The notes beneath the pieces were generated by a model. That model saw only the letters and a program-made list of their open reading frames with translations. It did not search any database and was not told the origin of the DNA. Made by a program: the position numbers and the translations under genes. DNA of 37,522 bases from positions 8,500 through 46,021 of the forward strand of contig NW_025214560.1 of assembly GCF_004010195.1 (NCBI RefSeq), written 5' to 3'. Source of the stretch: Chiloscyllium plagiosum (Eukaryota). Within the stretch, counting starts at the first letter, position 1, and each line of letters starts with the position of its first letter. Shown in pieces: positions 1-11,577 of the stretch.

Positions 1-300
1 AACTGGAGTGGGTGTGATGGTGAGGGGAATGGGGTGGAGTCATGAGCAGGGGTAGTGTTCCCCTCGAGGTTCTGGGGGGTGGGGATAGTGACAGTGGGTT
101 CTATGGGGGCATGTCAGCAGAATGCTGGTGAGTGGCGCTTGTGGGGGCGGAAGTGGTGGTGACAATGGCAGTAGGGGTGGCGGACGTCACTGAGCATGTG
201 GCATCAGCGATGATGTGAGGGGCATAAGTGATGTCACGTGTGATGCATGAGGAATTGTGAGGGGTAGAAGTGGTTGTGGGAGTGGCCATGACGGGGGCGA
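1..300 (-). mobile_element. Penelope-like element fragment (Thr/Pro-rich region upstream of RT)
   Basis: The minus strand reads ATPTTTSTPHNSS...IEPTVTIPTPQNLEG...AHDSTP..LTITPTPV across frameshifts. This resembles the low-complexity pre-RT region of shark Penelope ORFs as I recall it. It runs off the window start. Confidence 0.55.
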
Positions 301-1440
301 AGTGACATCCATCCCAGCTCTATCACTTGCTACCCTATCCAGCTTATACAGTTGCTGCCTTCCCCAGAAACAAACCCAACGTCCAAAGAATCTGATGCCA
401 TTCCTACTGCATCATCGTTCCAGCCATGCTCTCATCTAGTTAAAACTCCGAGTTCTGTTCTCACTCGTACACGGCACTGGGAGCATTCCTGGAGTTTGAG
501 GTCCCGCGTGCGAATCTTCTGCCTCCGTCACTAAATTTTGATTTCCAGGGCACTTCACCCTTCCTACCTAAGTCACTGAGAATAGCATGAATCATGAACT
601 CTGTCAGGTCACCTTCTCCTAGCGGAATACGCTGCAGGTACGGATATTTTTGAACCCATCACCCCGGAGTTACATTAATAGCCATAAAAATCCTTGTGTT
701 TTCCAAAATGTACTCAATCCCATCTGACTATTACTCCTCCTTCATTCTCTCTGCACTCCTATGCAGTCAGGTTGATTATGGTGCACAAACATGGCTCTTA
801 CTGCAGTTCCCTGATCAGCCAGTACATTAATCAGCTTCTAAACTGGAAAACTGATTTGTGAGTGAGACCACAGGCGATTCCTGTATTCCCTGACAGTTTC
901 TCCTGGGCTGACTGGTCGCCCATTCCCATCCTTAGACTGTCTATTATGACTACAGTGCCATCCACTCTCTGTATATGCTATGCACTGAACGTTCAGTGTC
1001 ACAAATGTATTACAGAGTCGCTAGTCGTTTTCTCAGCAACCAGACCCAATGCTCATCTCGAATACAAGCAGAAGATATGACTTCCCATTATTAAAGACAA
1101 CATCTTCCCTTTGACCGAGCTGTATTGCCATGATTAAACTGCACAAATTTACTTAATTATTTAGGGTAAAGTTAAAACGAGGAATATCACTTTTAAGATT
1201 CAGTCCCTTCTCCATCTGTGCCTTATTGAGATTGGTTTACTGTGTTGACTCAGGCTTTCACTTATTCGTGATATTTCTGAGTTCAACCATCTTTCAAAAG
1301 AAGACAGAATATATTCGCCATATTCGAGCAATTTACAAACCATCGCAAATAATGGTGCATTATCAGTCCAACAACTAACAGCTTTGCTGTTATGTTCCTC
1401 ACACTTCAGTGTAGGCAGGTTCCAGAGGCAAAAACTTGTT

Positions 1441-1735
1441 TCTGTTACTTCCAGGTACGTGTAATCCTCGAGCTCCCACGCCACTCTGTTCCCTCCCAGT
1501 GTCACCGTCTCTGTGACTCCCAAGTACGTGTAATCCTCATGCTCCCACTTCACTCTGCTCCCTCACAGGGCCACCGTTCCTGTGACTCCCAGCTACGTGT
1601 TATTTGCCAATTCCCACTGCAATCTATTCCCTCACAGCGTCCCTGTCTTTGTGACTCCCAGGTACGTGCAATCCACTACACTCTGCTCCCTCATATAGCC
1701 ACTGCCTCTCTGACTCCAGGTACGACTCGGTCTTG
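1441..1735. repeat. 69-bp minisatellite (about 4 units; degenerate copies continue to about 1990)
   Basis: Units like TCTGTGACTCCCAGGTACGTGTAATCCTC start at 1441, 1510, 1579 and 1648, giving a 69-bp period. Confidence 0.85.
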
Positions 1736-2819
1736 ATACTCAAAGCTGATTTATATCGACCCACTTTGCTGCATCTATAACTCCCAGGTGTGAGTTAGCC
1801 TCAAGATCCTGCTTCAAGTTGCTCCCACACATATTCACTTCCTCTGTGACTCGGTACTGATTTAGATCCGCCCTCTCTGCAGCTTAAACAACTTCAAGTC
1901 CAAGTATCCTTCGATACTCGCCGCTGACTTATATTCTCCCTCTCAATACTTCACGCTCTCAGCTTCGCTGCCTTTCTGACTCCCGGGTAATAGTCGGCCT
2001 CAATCTTCAGCTGGAATTTATAACATCTCATTCCACCCTGTTCCCTCATGGGATCGTTGTCGTGCCTGGAAGATAGTAAAAAAGATGAGAATTAGAGGGG
2101 GCAGAGAGTAGTACTGTGATTAATCGAGATGTAGAGGCAAGAACAAGTTATCTGGAGAGGTTGACAGACGTGCAGCTCCTGCAGCAGATTACTAGAAGGT
2201 ACAGAGAGAGTTGCAGGCACTGAGGACTGCAAAGGAAATCTTGAGATTATGGCTTATTGGTGTCGAAGTATTGTTGAGACTAAAGGGCTTTATGTGAACT
2301 GCTTAAAGACAACTGAAGACTTCAGCAAATACTAAATGAAAGGGGGTATTACATGTTCTGGAGACTGATGAATGTATAAAAGTTCGAATACTTGCACTAA
2401 CAAGGGAAACTTAAGTATGAGCATTGCAAAATAGTCGGATTGTAGGGGCAGGAAGAAATGAGACGGATAAAGTGGGTGAAAACTGCTAATTTTATACATT
2501 CAACCGCTGTAATTCATAGAGATTTAAGGAGGGAAACCTGTGCTGTTATGAATAAATGAATATGGAGGTGTACAGATATTGAGCGGTATTGAATTTATAA
2601 AGGAAGAGATTATAGATTATCAGAAGTTGAACACGAATAAAACAAAAGAGAGATCAACAACACAGATGGGAAGAGAGGATGTGCGATATTGTGAGGAACT
2701 ACAAGTGTGGTATGGACAGGAGAACGTCACAGAAAAAGAGAGAGCTGTATTGTGTGTCTGCACTGACACACTTGAGGAGTGTTGTAGCGACTATTGGAGG
2801 GTAGACAGATAACAACGGT

Positions 2820-2945
2820 GACAACGGTTGGCGCAGTAGATCAAGAAGGCAGCTCACCACCGCCTTCTCGGGGCAACTCAAAATCAACATTAAATGCTGG
2901 CTCAGCCAACAGTGTTCACATCCATGAATGAATGAACGAATAAAT
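2820..2945 (+). mobile_element. 3' end of a CR1/L2-type LINE
   Basis: TCAAGAAGGCAGCTCACCACC...TAAATGCTGGC...CACATCCATGAATGAAT matches a common elasmobranch LINE 3' terminus with a GAAT tail. Confidence 0.6.
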
Positions 2946-2984
2946 GAGTGAAGAACAAGGCCGAAAAGCAGCGCTGAGATCATT

Positions 2985-3255
2985 CAGCAAGTCTCTTTCA
3001 ACAGCACTTCAATAACCCGTAACAACTATAAGTTGGATGCACAGGACTTGCAGATGCACGGGAACACCAGCATTTCCAAGATGTGCTCCAAGCCACGCTC
3101 CATCCGTAGCAGCACTTTGTCTGTCCCTACACCCAAAGGATTGCAATGCATCAGAAAGGTAACTCACCACCACCTACTCAAGGAAATTTCCAATGGGAAA
3201 GTAATTATGCCCTATACAGTGATGGTCACATCTCATGAATGAATTGGAAAAAATA
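2985..3255 (+). mobile_element. Second, more diverged 3' fragment of the same CR1/L2-type LINE
   Basis: It shares CTCACCACCACC...CACATCTCATGAATGAAT with 2820-2945 and includes upstream end-of-ORF2 sequence. Confidence 0.55.
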
Positions 3256-3574
3256 AACTCACGGACTTATCAGGTCCCCTTTGCTTCCTTCATGCAACTC
3301 ACATTTCCATTTGTTTAATCAGCAAACGTGGAAATATTTGATTTTGTCCGTTCATCTTATTTATAGAATCCATTTGAGAATATTTAGTTGGCAAGCACGA
3401 ATCGCGTTATTGCTGTTTGGTTTTCTGTCTGTTAAAAATATTCTCAATCCATGCCAGTACATTCCCTGCAATCCCACATGCGCCAGTTTTACTCATCCAC
3501 CTCTTCAGTGGAGTCAGAGAGGCAGTGGCTATATGAGGGAGCAGAGTGTAGTGGATTGCACGTACCTGAGGCGA

Positions 3575-3835
3575 GGTTCAATTCCCGCCTCAGGTGACTG
3601 ACTGTGTGGAGTTTGCACGTTCTCACAGTGTCTGCGTGGGTTTCTTCCGGGTGCTCCGGTTTCCTCCCACAATCCAAAAAATGTGCAGGTTAGGCAAAAT
3701 TGGCCATGCTAAATTGCCAGTAGTGTTAGGTGAAGGGGTAAATGTAGGGGAATGGGTCTGGGTGAGTTACGCTTCGGCGGGTCGGTGTGGAATTGTTGAG
3801 TCCAAGGGCCTGTTTCCACACTGTAAGTAATCTAA
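3575..3835 (+). mobile_element. HE1 V-SINE, 5'-truncated
   Basis: B box GGTTCAATTCCC, V-domain core GTGTGGAGTTTGCACGTTCTC...GGGTGCTCCGGTTTCCTCCCACA, CR1-like tail ending GTAATCTAA. Closely similar to the reverse complement of 16026-16338. Confidence 0.9.
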
Positions 3836-3898
3836 GAAAAAAAAATCTGCAGGGTTGCAGGGACTTGATAAAATATAAGTAGGTTTGTTACACAGTTA

Positions 3899-4119
3899 GG
3901 AGGAGAAAGTGAGGTCTGCAGATGCTGGAGATCAAAGTTGAAACTTTATAGCTGGAACAGCACAGCAGGTCAGGCAGCATCCAGGGAACAGGAGATTCGA
4001 CGTTTCGGGCACAGGCCCTTCTTCATTCCTGAAGAAGGGCCTGTGCCCGAAACGTCGAATCTCCTGATCCCTGGATGCTGCCTGACCTGCTGTGCTGTTC
4101 CAGCTTTAAAGTTTCAACC
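3899..4119. mobile_element. Penelope-derived palindromic non-autonomous element with 14-bp target-site duplication (TSD)
   Basis: Arms 3937-4025 and 4030-4118 are near-perfect inverted repeats. The direct repeat TTGTTACACAGTTA flanks it at 3885-3898 and 4120-4133. Confidence 0.85.
4025..4060 (+). ncRNA. Minimal type I hammerhead ribozyme motif
   Basis: Stem I ATTC/GAAT; core CTGAAGA (4029-4035); stem II GGGC-ctgt-GCCC; GAAA (4049-4052); palindromic ACGT stem III; GTC cleavage triplet ending at 4056. Confidence 0.75.
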
Positions 4120-4519
4120 TTGTTACACAGTTAAGAGACAGCATGAGCTGTAGGAAATAGCAGATTTTGGGAGAGGTGTGGTGTCCAGAGGAAGTTCTGC
4201 AGACACAGACGGTGGTTGGAATTTCAAGACCTTTCAGAGATTAGGAGTTCACCGAGCCAGGGAGAAATGCATCAACTGAAGGATACATAATTTTTGATAG
4301 TTGTGGGATAAACTAGAAATTGGGAGCACTGTCGAAGCTGGGGGATTTCACAAAGCGGAGGCAGACTATAGGAGAGTGAAGAGTTTCCAGAAGTAAGGAG
4401 GTGTGTAACATTCCCAGTAATTAGTAGCTTGGAGTATTGTCCAGACAGGGGCAGGTTTCATAATTAAGAAAGGATATAGCGAGAGGAAGCGGTTGCAGAC
4501 ACATAGACGTATACCAAAT

Positions 4520-4700
4520 TGCACACTTGGGTCCTGTGCTCACTGACAGTCATCAGAATGAGAGCTGTCCTCATTAAAATGCCCGGATTCCAAGGGGAAT
4601 TGGCCTGGTGGATGCTGAAAGGATGTTTCCTTCCTGTTATGGAAGAAGTAAACAGGGCGACTCAGTTTGATAAAAAGACTTCCCATAGAAAGATGGAGTA
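4520..4700 (+). mobile_element. Highly decayed CR1 3' fragment
   Basis: AGAATGAGAG...CTCATTAAAA...GGTGGATGCTGAAAGGATGTTTCC resembles the CR1 ORF2 C-terminus. Confidence 0.4.
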
Positions 4701-5869
4701 GGGACTGTTTTTTTTTATGTGATGCAAATCTACCTCAAAATTGTTTCGACGCAGTACCTCCGAATTTGACAGGATAGCAAAGAACAAGGTATTGCGGACT
4801 GCAGGAGGTACCAGACGAATACCAGGCTGTAAGGGCTGGAAGCGATTAGAGAGAGGGGAGCTGTTAAGCAGCAGTGGGGGATGACAGTGACGGTGTCCTG
4901 TCGGGACTGGAGAACGGATTTGGCACACTTAATGAGAGGGAGTTAACTATATGGCACAAGGCCAGACACAACAGTAAGACCTCAAGCTCACTACCTGTCA
5001 TTTACTCATTGAGCTTGCTCTCACACAGTCTGGTGCAAAGCCCCACATACAAGCAGCATGAGGTTTTCCTGTTGCTCAGGGCCCGGTACATTAACCTCTG
5101 ACCCAGTCAGTGAGATAGCACTGAATCGGTATTTATACTGTTATAGCCTGACCACAAATACACCATCTCTGTTACATTCACATGATGACGAACTCCACAC
5201 AGCAAAGAAAATCAGCACTCAGATGCACTGGATATACAATCCTCTGAAGAACGGTCTATAGAAAAGTACAGAATCGACATAACCTAACTGTATGGGTCAG
5301 GATTAATGAAAACGTTTTCATTCTCTCCACTTGGAAAGCAATTCCTGCATCTCACAAAACTGCCACTTAAAAATAATGAAAAAGAAGAATATTTCAATCA
5401 AAGGCTTTAGTGAGATGAGCTCTGGTCAGTCATGCAGATCTGAAGGTCACATGAGCAGCACCCAAGTCAGTGTCAGATACGCAGAGTATGGGCAAACAGA
5501 TTCACCTCTGAACTCACATCTCCCAGCCTTGGAATCTGAAGCTATGTTCAGCCAATCTAGTAAAGATCTCCAGTATCAGCTCAGTAAGCTATCTCTTGCA
5601 CAGATCCAACTGCAAGGTATTTTCCTCTCGAATATACATGGTTTGATCAGAAGAAAAATCCATGATTCAGAATTTTACATCGTTCAGGTTCCACAAACCA
5701 TTCTAGGTCACATCCTGCACGTTCTGTGAATCCGTCTACCTGTAACCTCCTTCAGGATTCACGGTCTTTACCACATTTGTACCATTCTACAGGTTCTTCA
5801 ATTTTTACTACCTCCGTAACATAGCTTGCAATTTACAACTCTTCCTAACTCTGCAAGGTTTCACAAGAA

Positions 5870-6860
5870 GGGCACTGGATGATGGTGGAGGTTACAGAAA
5901 CAGAGAGGGATATAAGGACTGGAGGGTTTTGCAGACATCAGGAGGGTTGCAGTGGCAAAAGGAGACTTCAGTAATTGTGAATGTTCATGGCAATTAAGTA
6001 GTTTGCAGCGGGAGGGTTTTCGGAGAGGGTGACATTTACACGGAGAGGGGTATAAGTGAGCGAGAGATTATGAAGATGAGCAGATGGATGGAGATACTGG
6101 TGGACCTTGTGTTGACGTGGTGAGTGATAGCGACAGGAGGATGTTACATAAATAGCGAGTCTTGTAGGAAATGGACTGGGAAAGTCACAGACATTTTAGT
6201 GGGTTCTACGCATCGCCAGTGTTGCAGGGACCTGAGAGGATTATACAGATACTGATGATTGTCGGGTGTACACAGACTGATAATATTATTGGACTGGAAG
6301 AGGTTACACCGATTGGCCACGATGTAGGATTTGCAGAAGTTTATGGAGATAATGAAGTTTGGGTGGCTTGTAGCAATTTACAGAGAGAGGAAGGTTTTTT
6401 ATGACAGTAGCAGGTTACAGATAGTGAGAGTTATATGGCTTGAGAAACTTATGGGAGAGTGTTTGGGTCTGGAAGAAATCATAAAGATAGGGACCGCTCA
6501 AGAGACTGGGGTGTTTTTCATGGACAAGGCGTTTTGAAGGGTCTGTAGAAGATTACACAGATAATTAACGATGTGGCGATTAAAGGCATGACCAATTGTT
6601 TTCGTGGAAATATCTTTCAGGCATGGGGACTGCTATAGTGCATTTATGTGGAGAGGGAGATTTGTATTTAGCAGGCAAGTTAACACTGATGTGGACAGTA
6701 TTACGGATTGGAGAAGCTGACAGAGGTACCGAATTTTCTATGGATTAGAGGAGGTTACAAACAGAGGATTTTAGGAACTGCAAGAGATTACAGCCATAGG
6801 GAGGGCTGTAGATTGGAAAGAAGTTATTGAGATAGTCATTGTAGGTAGGGTTGTTTTATA
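5870..6860. repeat. Degenerate purine-rich tandem-like repeat (GGACTGGAGGAGGTTACAGAGATAGGGAGG-like)
   Basis: Recurrent GGTTACAGA, GATTACA and GGACTGGA motifs. Related tracts lie at about 2070-2800, 4140-4500, 8350-8880 and 9400-9600. Confidence 0.55.
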
Positions 6861-7429
6861 GTGATACAGTGCTATGGAGGGACACGGAGGAAATGACCAT
6901 CAAATGGAAGTTTGCACAATCGCGATCCATTTGCCCAGATATAAGAATGCTTCTAGTCGTGGCAAGCAATACCTGTGATGGGGAGTGATGTTAGAAATGC
7001 CATTGGATCTCTATTTCTGTTCAGTTCTTTATTCTGTTACTAAGGATTGTACCGAGGTACTCTATACCGAAGATACCATCACGTGTTGGTGACGTTGTCG
7101 CACTGTACATTATCTTGTAACTGAAAATTAATTTCCTAGTTTCCAAATTTCCAAATTAAATGGCGCTATAAGCGGCGAGTACATGTAACAATAAAACTAA
7201 TTCATTCGTTCATTCTAAGGTTACAATCACAGGGAAATTCTCAAGGCAGGAAAAAGTGACAGTTATATGGAGCTTTGCAAGGATTGCAAAGGTTCACATA
7301 GGCAAGGAGTGCATCACAGACTGTTTATACAGTTAAGGATAATAAAGGGAAACAGGCAAATTTCAAGAAATAAGGATGGTTCACTGCAGGAAGATACATT
7401 GCCAAGATTGGACGAGTTGCAGACAGCGC

Positions 7430-8335
7430 ACGGTATATGAACAGCAGGAGAATACAGTCATGGCATGTTATGAAGCCGGAGGAGGATACATTCAGGTTAT
7501 GATATAGAAAGGGGTAGAGGAAGTAGGCAGAGTGTGGTATAGGAACGGTAAGAGGACACAATCTGGGTGTGCTATTGGAATGGGAAGAGGATACAGTCAG
7601 GGTATGGTATAGGAATGTCAGGAGGATACAGACAGGGGGTGATATAGGAATAGCAGAAAGAGACAGTAAAGAGTCCTATAGGAACTGGCGGTGGATACAG
7701 GGTCGAACGTGTGTTCCTGGAGAAGCACAGCAGTTCAGGCGTCATCCGAGAATCAGGAGATTCGACATTTCGAGCATAAGCCCTTCCTGATGAAAAGAAT
7801 ACGTCCAAAATATCGATTCTTCTGCTCCTCTGATGCTGCGTGACATGTTGTGCTTCTCCAGCAACACACTCTCGAAACTCAACTCCAGAATCTGCAGTCC
7901 TCGCTTTCTCCCAGGAATTCACAAAGTTTACAAGGGATGGAGGAACAGCAAGAAGATACAGTCAGGGTATGGTATCCAGACAGGAGGAAGATATATTCAG
8001 GGTGTGGTATGGGAGCAGGAGGATGATACAGTCAACATATGTATAGAAACGGGAGAACGATACAGTCGGCGTGTGGTATCAGAATGTGTGGAGGATACAT
8101 TCAGGTTTTTGTATCGGAATGGGAGGACAATGCAATCAGGGCATGGGCGAGGAACGGGAGGGCGGTACAGTCAGTGAATGCAGTCGCAACAGGAGGAGGA
8201 TATAGTCAGGTTGTGATGTAGGAAATCGAGGAAGTTACAGACTGGTTTTGACATAGGAACACGAGGAGGATGCAGTCAGATTGGGGCAGAGGAAAAGGAG
8301 GATACAGTCATGGTATGGCATAAGAACAGGAGCTG
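7430..8335. repeat. 34-35 bp minisatellite (GGAGGATACAGTCAGGGTATGGTATAGGAAC..)
   Basis: ATACA-type anchors at 7452, 7486, 7556, 7591, 7626, 7956, 7991, 8026, 8060 and 8095. Interrupted by the hairpin element at 7702-7912. Confidence 0.8.
7702..7912. mobile_element. Older copy of the Penelope-derived palindromic element
   Basis: Imperfect inverted arms centred on CCCTTCCTGATGAA. Its tail CTGCAGTCCTCGCTTTCTCC resembles the reverse complement of 3903-3922. The hammerhead core is decayed. Confidence 0.75.
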
Positions 8336-8884
8336 GTTAAATTGACAGTGTGTATCAGGGGGACTGAACAAGGTTACGGCAATAGGGAGGGTTTTGATGA
8401 CTATAGTCAATTACAGAGGTAGTGATGGTTGTTGAAACTGGATGAAGTTAGCAATGCTGACGTTTGCATAGTTGTAAGGACTCTTCAGACTGACCAGGGA
8501 CGCAGGCAGAGAAGTTGTGCGGAGTGGAAGGGGTGAAAGTAATCAATAGGATGATTCACAGTAATCAATAGGATGGAACATTCATGGATGTTCGTCGTGA
8601 CTTCAGGATGTTACACAGTTAAGAAGGCTCTTAGTGACGGGAAGAGGTCACGAGAGAGAAGATTACAGAGACTCTGGAGGTTACAGGTCAAGGGAAGGGT
8701 CAAGTGGCTTCATAATGTTACACAAAGAGAGGGTTGGCAGGAAAGGCTGTAGGTACTTGAGGAGGTTATTAAGAGAAGCAGTTTTATAGGGATGTACAAG
8801 GTTCTCGTGCATGAGGTACTGTGGAGGAGTGCAGGAGGAATGCTGGAGGGACTGAATAAGGTTACAGTGATATCTTTTCATACA

Positions 8885-9375
8885 GTCAGAAAGTCATGGA
8901 GATGCATAGCTTGGGATCAGACCTTCAGTACAGCTCTTCCATGACGAACAGATATCCCAAACAAATCTAGTCCCACCTGCCACCACGCAGCTCATATCCT
9001 CCAAATCCTTCCTATTCATATAACCATCCAGATGCTTTTAAAATGTTGCAATTGTGCAATTTTCCACCATATCCTCTGGCAGCTCATTGCGTACACGCAC
9101 CACCCTCTGCGGGAAAATGTCACGCTTAACCTGTGCCTTCTAGTCCGCACTACCCCATCCCAGGGAAATGACTTTGTCTATTTATCCTATCCATGCCCCT
9201 CATGATTTCGAAAAGCTCAAAATCCTCCAACTCTGGCAACATCGTTGTAAATCTTTTCGGAACCCTTTCAAGTTTTACAACATCCTTCCGATACGAAGGC
9301 AAACAGAATTGCATGTAATATTCCAAAACGCCAAACCAATGTCCTGTACAGCTTTAACATTATCTCCCAACTCTT
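8885..9375 (-). mobile_element. CR1 LINE 3' fragment with internal deletions
   Basis: Reverse complement of the CR1 ORF2 end (FPQRVV...NELP-like) and 3' UTR; homologous to 18290-18540. Confidence 0.75.
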
Positions 9376-9759
9376 GTGATGTAGTCATGTGCTGCAGAGT
9401 CCAGAGGATGCTGTACAGATAAGGAGATGGTTTACGGTTGAAGAATGTCACAGAGACAGGGTGGTCAGTAGGCACGGGACAAGATGACAGATATAGGCAT
9501 TGGTAGTGTTATTTTAGGTGGTATAGTGACCATCATTCTGTAAATGCCAATCATTATAGAAAGTGATAAGGATTGTGCAGAAGTTAAAGGTTTAAATTTG
9601 GGAAGGCCACATATGCTTACCAATATCACTCAGCATTACCACTACCATTACTCAGAGCAGTTATTTTCTATTAATTCTGCAATCAGAAAGTTGGTCGATT
9701 TTATTGTGACACAGTAAGAATTCAGGGCTAGTGTGTCCCTGAAATGTGAATGACATAGT

Positions 9760-11085
9760 CAGAAATTCCATCGAAAATTGATCAAACTAAATCATGAGTT
9801 TGATAAAAGAAGTTATGATTCAATAAAAACAGTCGAAGCCCTTCACAAGTATGGAGAGTGCAAGGGCGTTCCGAAAAATGAGCGACGAAGAATGACCATG
9901 TAATATCCATCGCAGATACTTACAAGCGAAAGCCACAAATTATTTCGTAAGTACAGTTAAAGTAAAATGATCCCCAGCTAAGAAAAAGTATGGCTTGTTT
10001 GAAAGCAAAGGGATAATCGTGCATGGAGCCAGAAGATGTACGTAATGTCTTAAATGACTACTTTTCGTCTTTATTCACGCAAGAGAAAAACCTTGTAACT
10101 GGGAGTTTCAGTTGGGATGGTGACGTTCTCGATCATTTTAAGATCAAACAAAAGGTGGCATTAAATGTTTGAGCAGACATAAAGGTGGCGAAATCCACAC
10201 TGCCCAAGTAAAAAATTGTCACAGGCTGCAATAGGAGGAAAGGAAGAATTTTGCTGGTGCCATGGCAGAAATACTTAATACTTTGCTGATCAAATTTGAA
10301 GAGCCGAATGCCGGGAGTATAGCTAATGTGTTGCCTTTGTTCAAGAAAGCCAGCAGGGATAGGCCAGGTAATTACAGAGCAGATTGCCTGACATCAGTAG
10401 GAGAGAAAGTATTTGAAAGCATTTAGAGGGAAAGGATCAATCAACATGTATCAAGGCAGAATCGATTATGGATAGCCAGTACCCCGAGTTGTTAGAGGAA
10501 GATCCTGTCTGATGAATCCATTCGAATTTCTTGAAAGTGTGTGTGAACCTATTGATAAGGGCAGTGCAGATTATATGAGTTACATGGGGTTCATTCAGGC
10601 CTTTGAGAAGGTCACACCTAGAAGGCTGGTCCAAAAAGTAAGAGCCCATTAGATCCAAGGCAATTTGGCAAATTGGATTCAAATTTGGGGGAGGGTAAGT
10701 TTTGTGATTCGATACTTTTGCCCTGCGGGTGTAACATAGGAATTTGTGTCGGAACCACTGCTGTTTATTATGCACATGAACGACTTGGATGTGAAAGAAG
10801 ATGCGATCATTAGTAGGTTTGCAGGTGGCATGGAAGGCAAGGGTGTGGCTCACAGTGAGGCAGATGGTCTCAGGTTGCAGTATACTATCGATCAGATGGT
10901 AAACTGAAAAACGCAATGGCCGCTGGATTTTATTTCTAGTCAGTGTAAGGTAGCACAATGTGCGATGTATGATAAGCGAAGGACATTAATATTGCACAAT
11001 AGGTCCTCGTGAAGTAACCAGAACAAAGAGGTCTTGCTGGACAAGGTCATAAATTCTGAAAGTGTCAGCACAAGGAGAAAAGGTG
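9760..11085 (+). mobile_element. Decayed CR1 ORF2 (RT region) fragment
   Basis: ANVLPLFKKASRDRPGNYR at about 10322-10380, with downstream RT motif remnants containing many stops and frameshifts. Confidence 0.8.
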
Positions 11086-11220
11086 GGGAAGACATCTGAA
11101 CAGGGAGAGGGAGGAGGACCCATATCCTGTGTGGGAGAAATTCTAGAGTTGTTCGAGACCATTAAAACTAGTCTGGCAGGGTGTGGGACTCTAAAAAGTG
11201 GGAAGGCCAGAAAGATGTTT

Positions 11221-11383
11221 GAGCTGAAAATGTGTTGCTGGAAAAGCGCAGCAGGTCAGGCAGCAACCAGGGAACAGGAGAACCGACGTTTCGGGCATAA
11301 GCCCTTCTTCAGGAATCCTGAAGAAGGGCTTATGCCAGAAAAGTCGATTCTCCTGTTCCCTGGATGCTGCCTGACCTGCTGCG
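11221..11383. mobile_element. Penelope-derived palindromic element, cut by an assembly gap; hammerhead cores on both strands
   Basis: Palindrome centred at 11315 (CTTCAGGA-A-TCCTGAAG). Minus strand reads CTGAAGA-AGGGCttatGCCC-GAAACGTC with an intact core. Plus strand reads CTGAAGA-AGGGCttatGCCA-GAAAAGTC with two substitutions. Confidence 0.85.
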
Positions 11384-11577
11384 NNNNNNNNNNNNNNNNN
11401 NNNNNNNNNNNNNNNNNNNNNNNNNNNNNNNNNNNNNNNNNNNNNNNNNNNNNNNNNNNNNNNNNNNNNNNNNNNNNNNNNNNNNNNNNNNNNNNNNNNN
11501 NNNNNNNNNNNNNNNNNNNNNNNNNNNNNNNNNNNNNNNNNNNNNNNNNNNNNNNNNNNNNNNNNNNNNNNNNNNNN

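Noticed and set aside
862..1080. Ly6/three-finger-like start (ALNVQCHKC)
   Set aside because: The remaining cysteine pattern is absent.
3899..4119. DNA-transposon MITE
   Set aside because: The inverted arms are asymmetric rather than terminal, TSD lengths vary (14 bp here, 10 bp at 19.2 kb), and the arms match a Penelope terminus.
5331..5729. 132-aa ORF as a gene
   Set aside because: Non-ATG start, no recognisable domain and no convincing splice context.
7430..8335. CRISPR-like array
   Set aside because: Contiguous degenerate tandem units without unique spacers, in vertebrate DNA with no cas genes.
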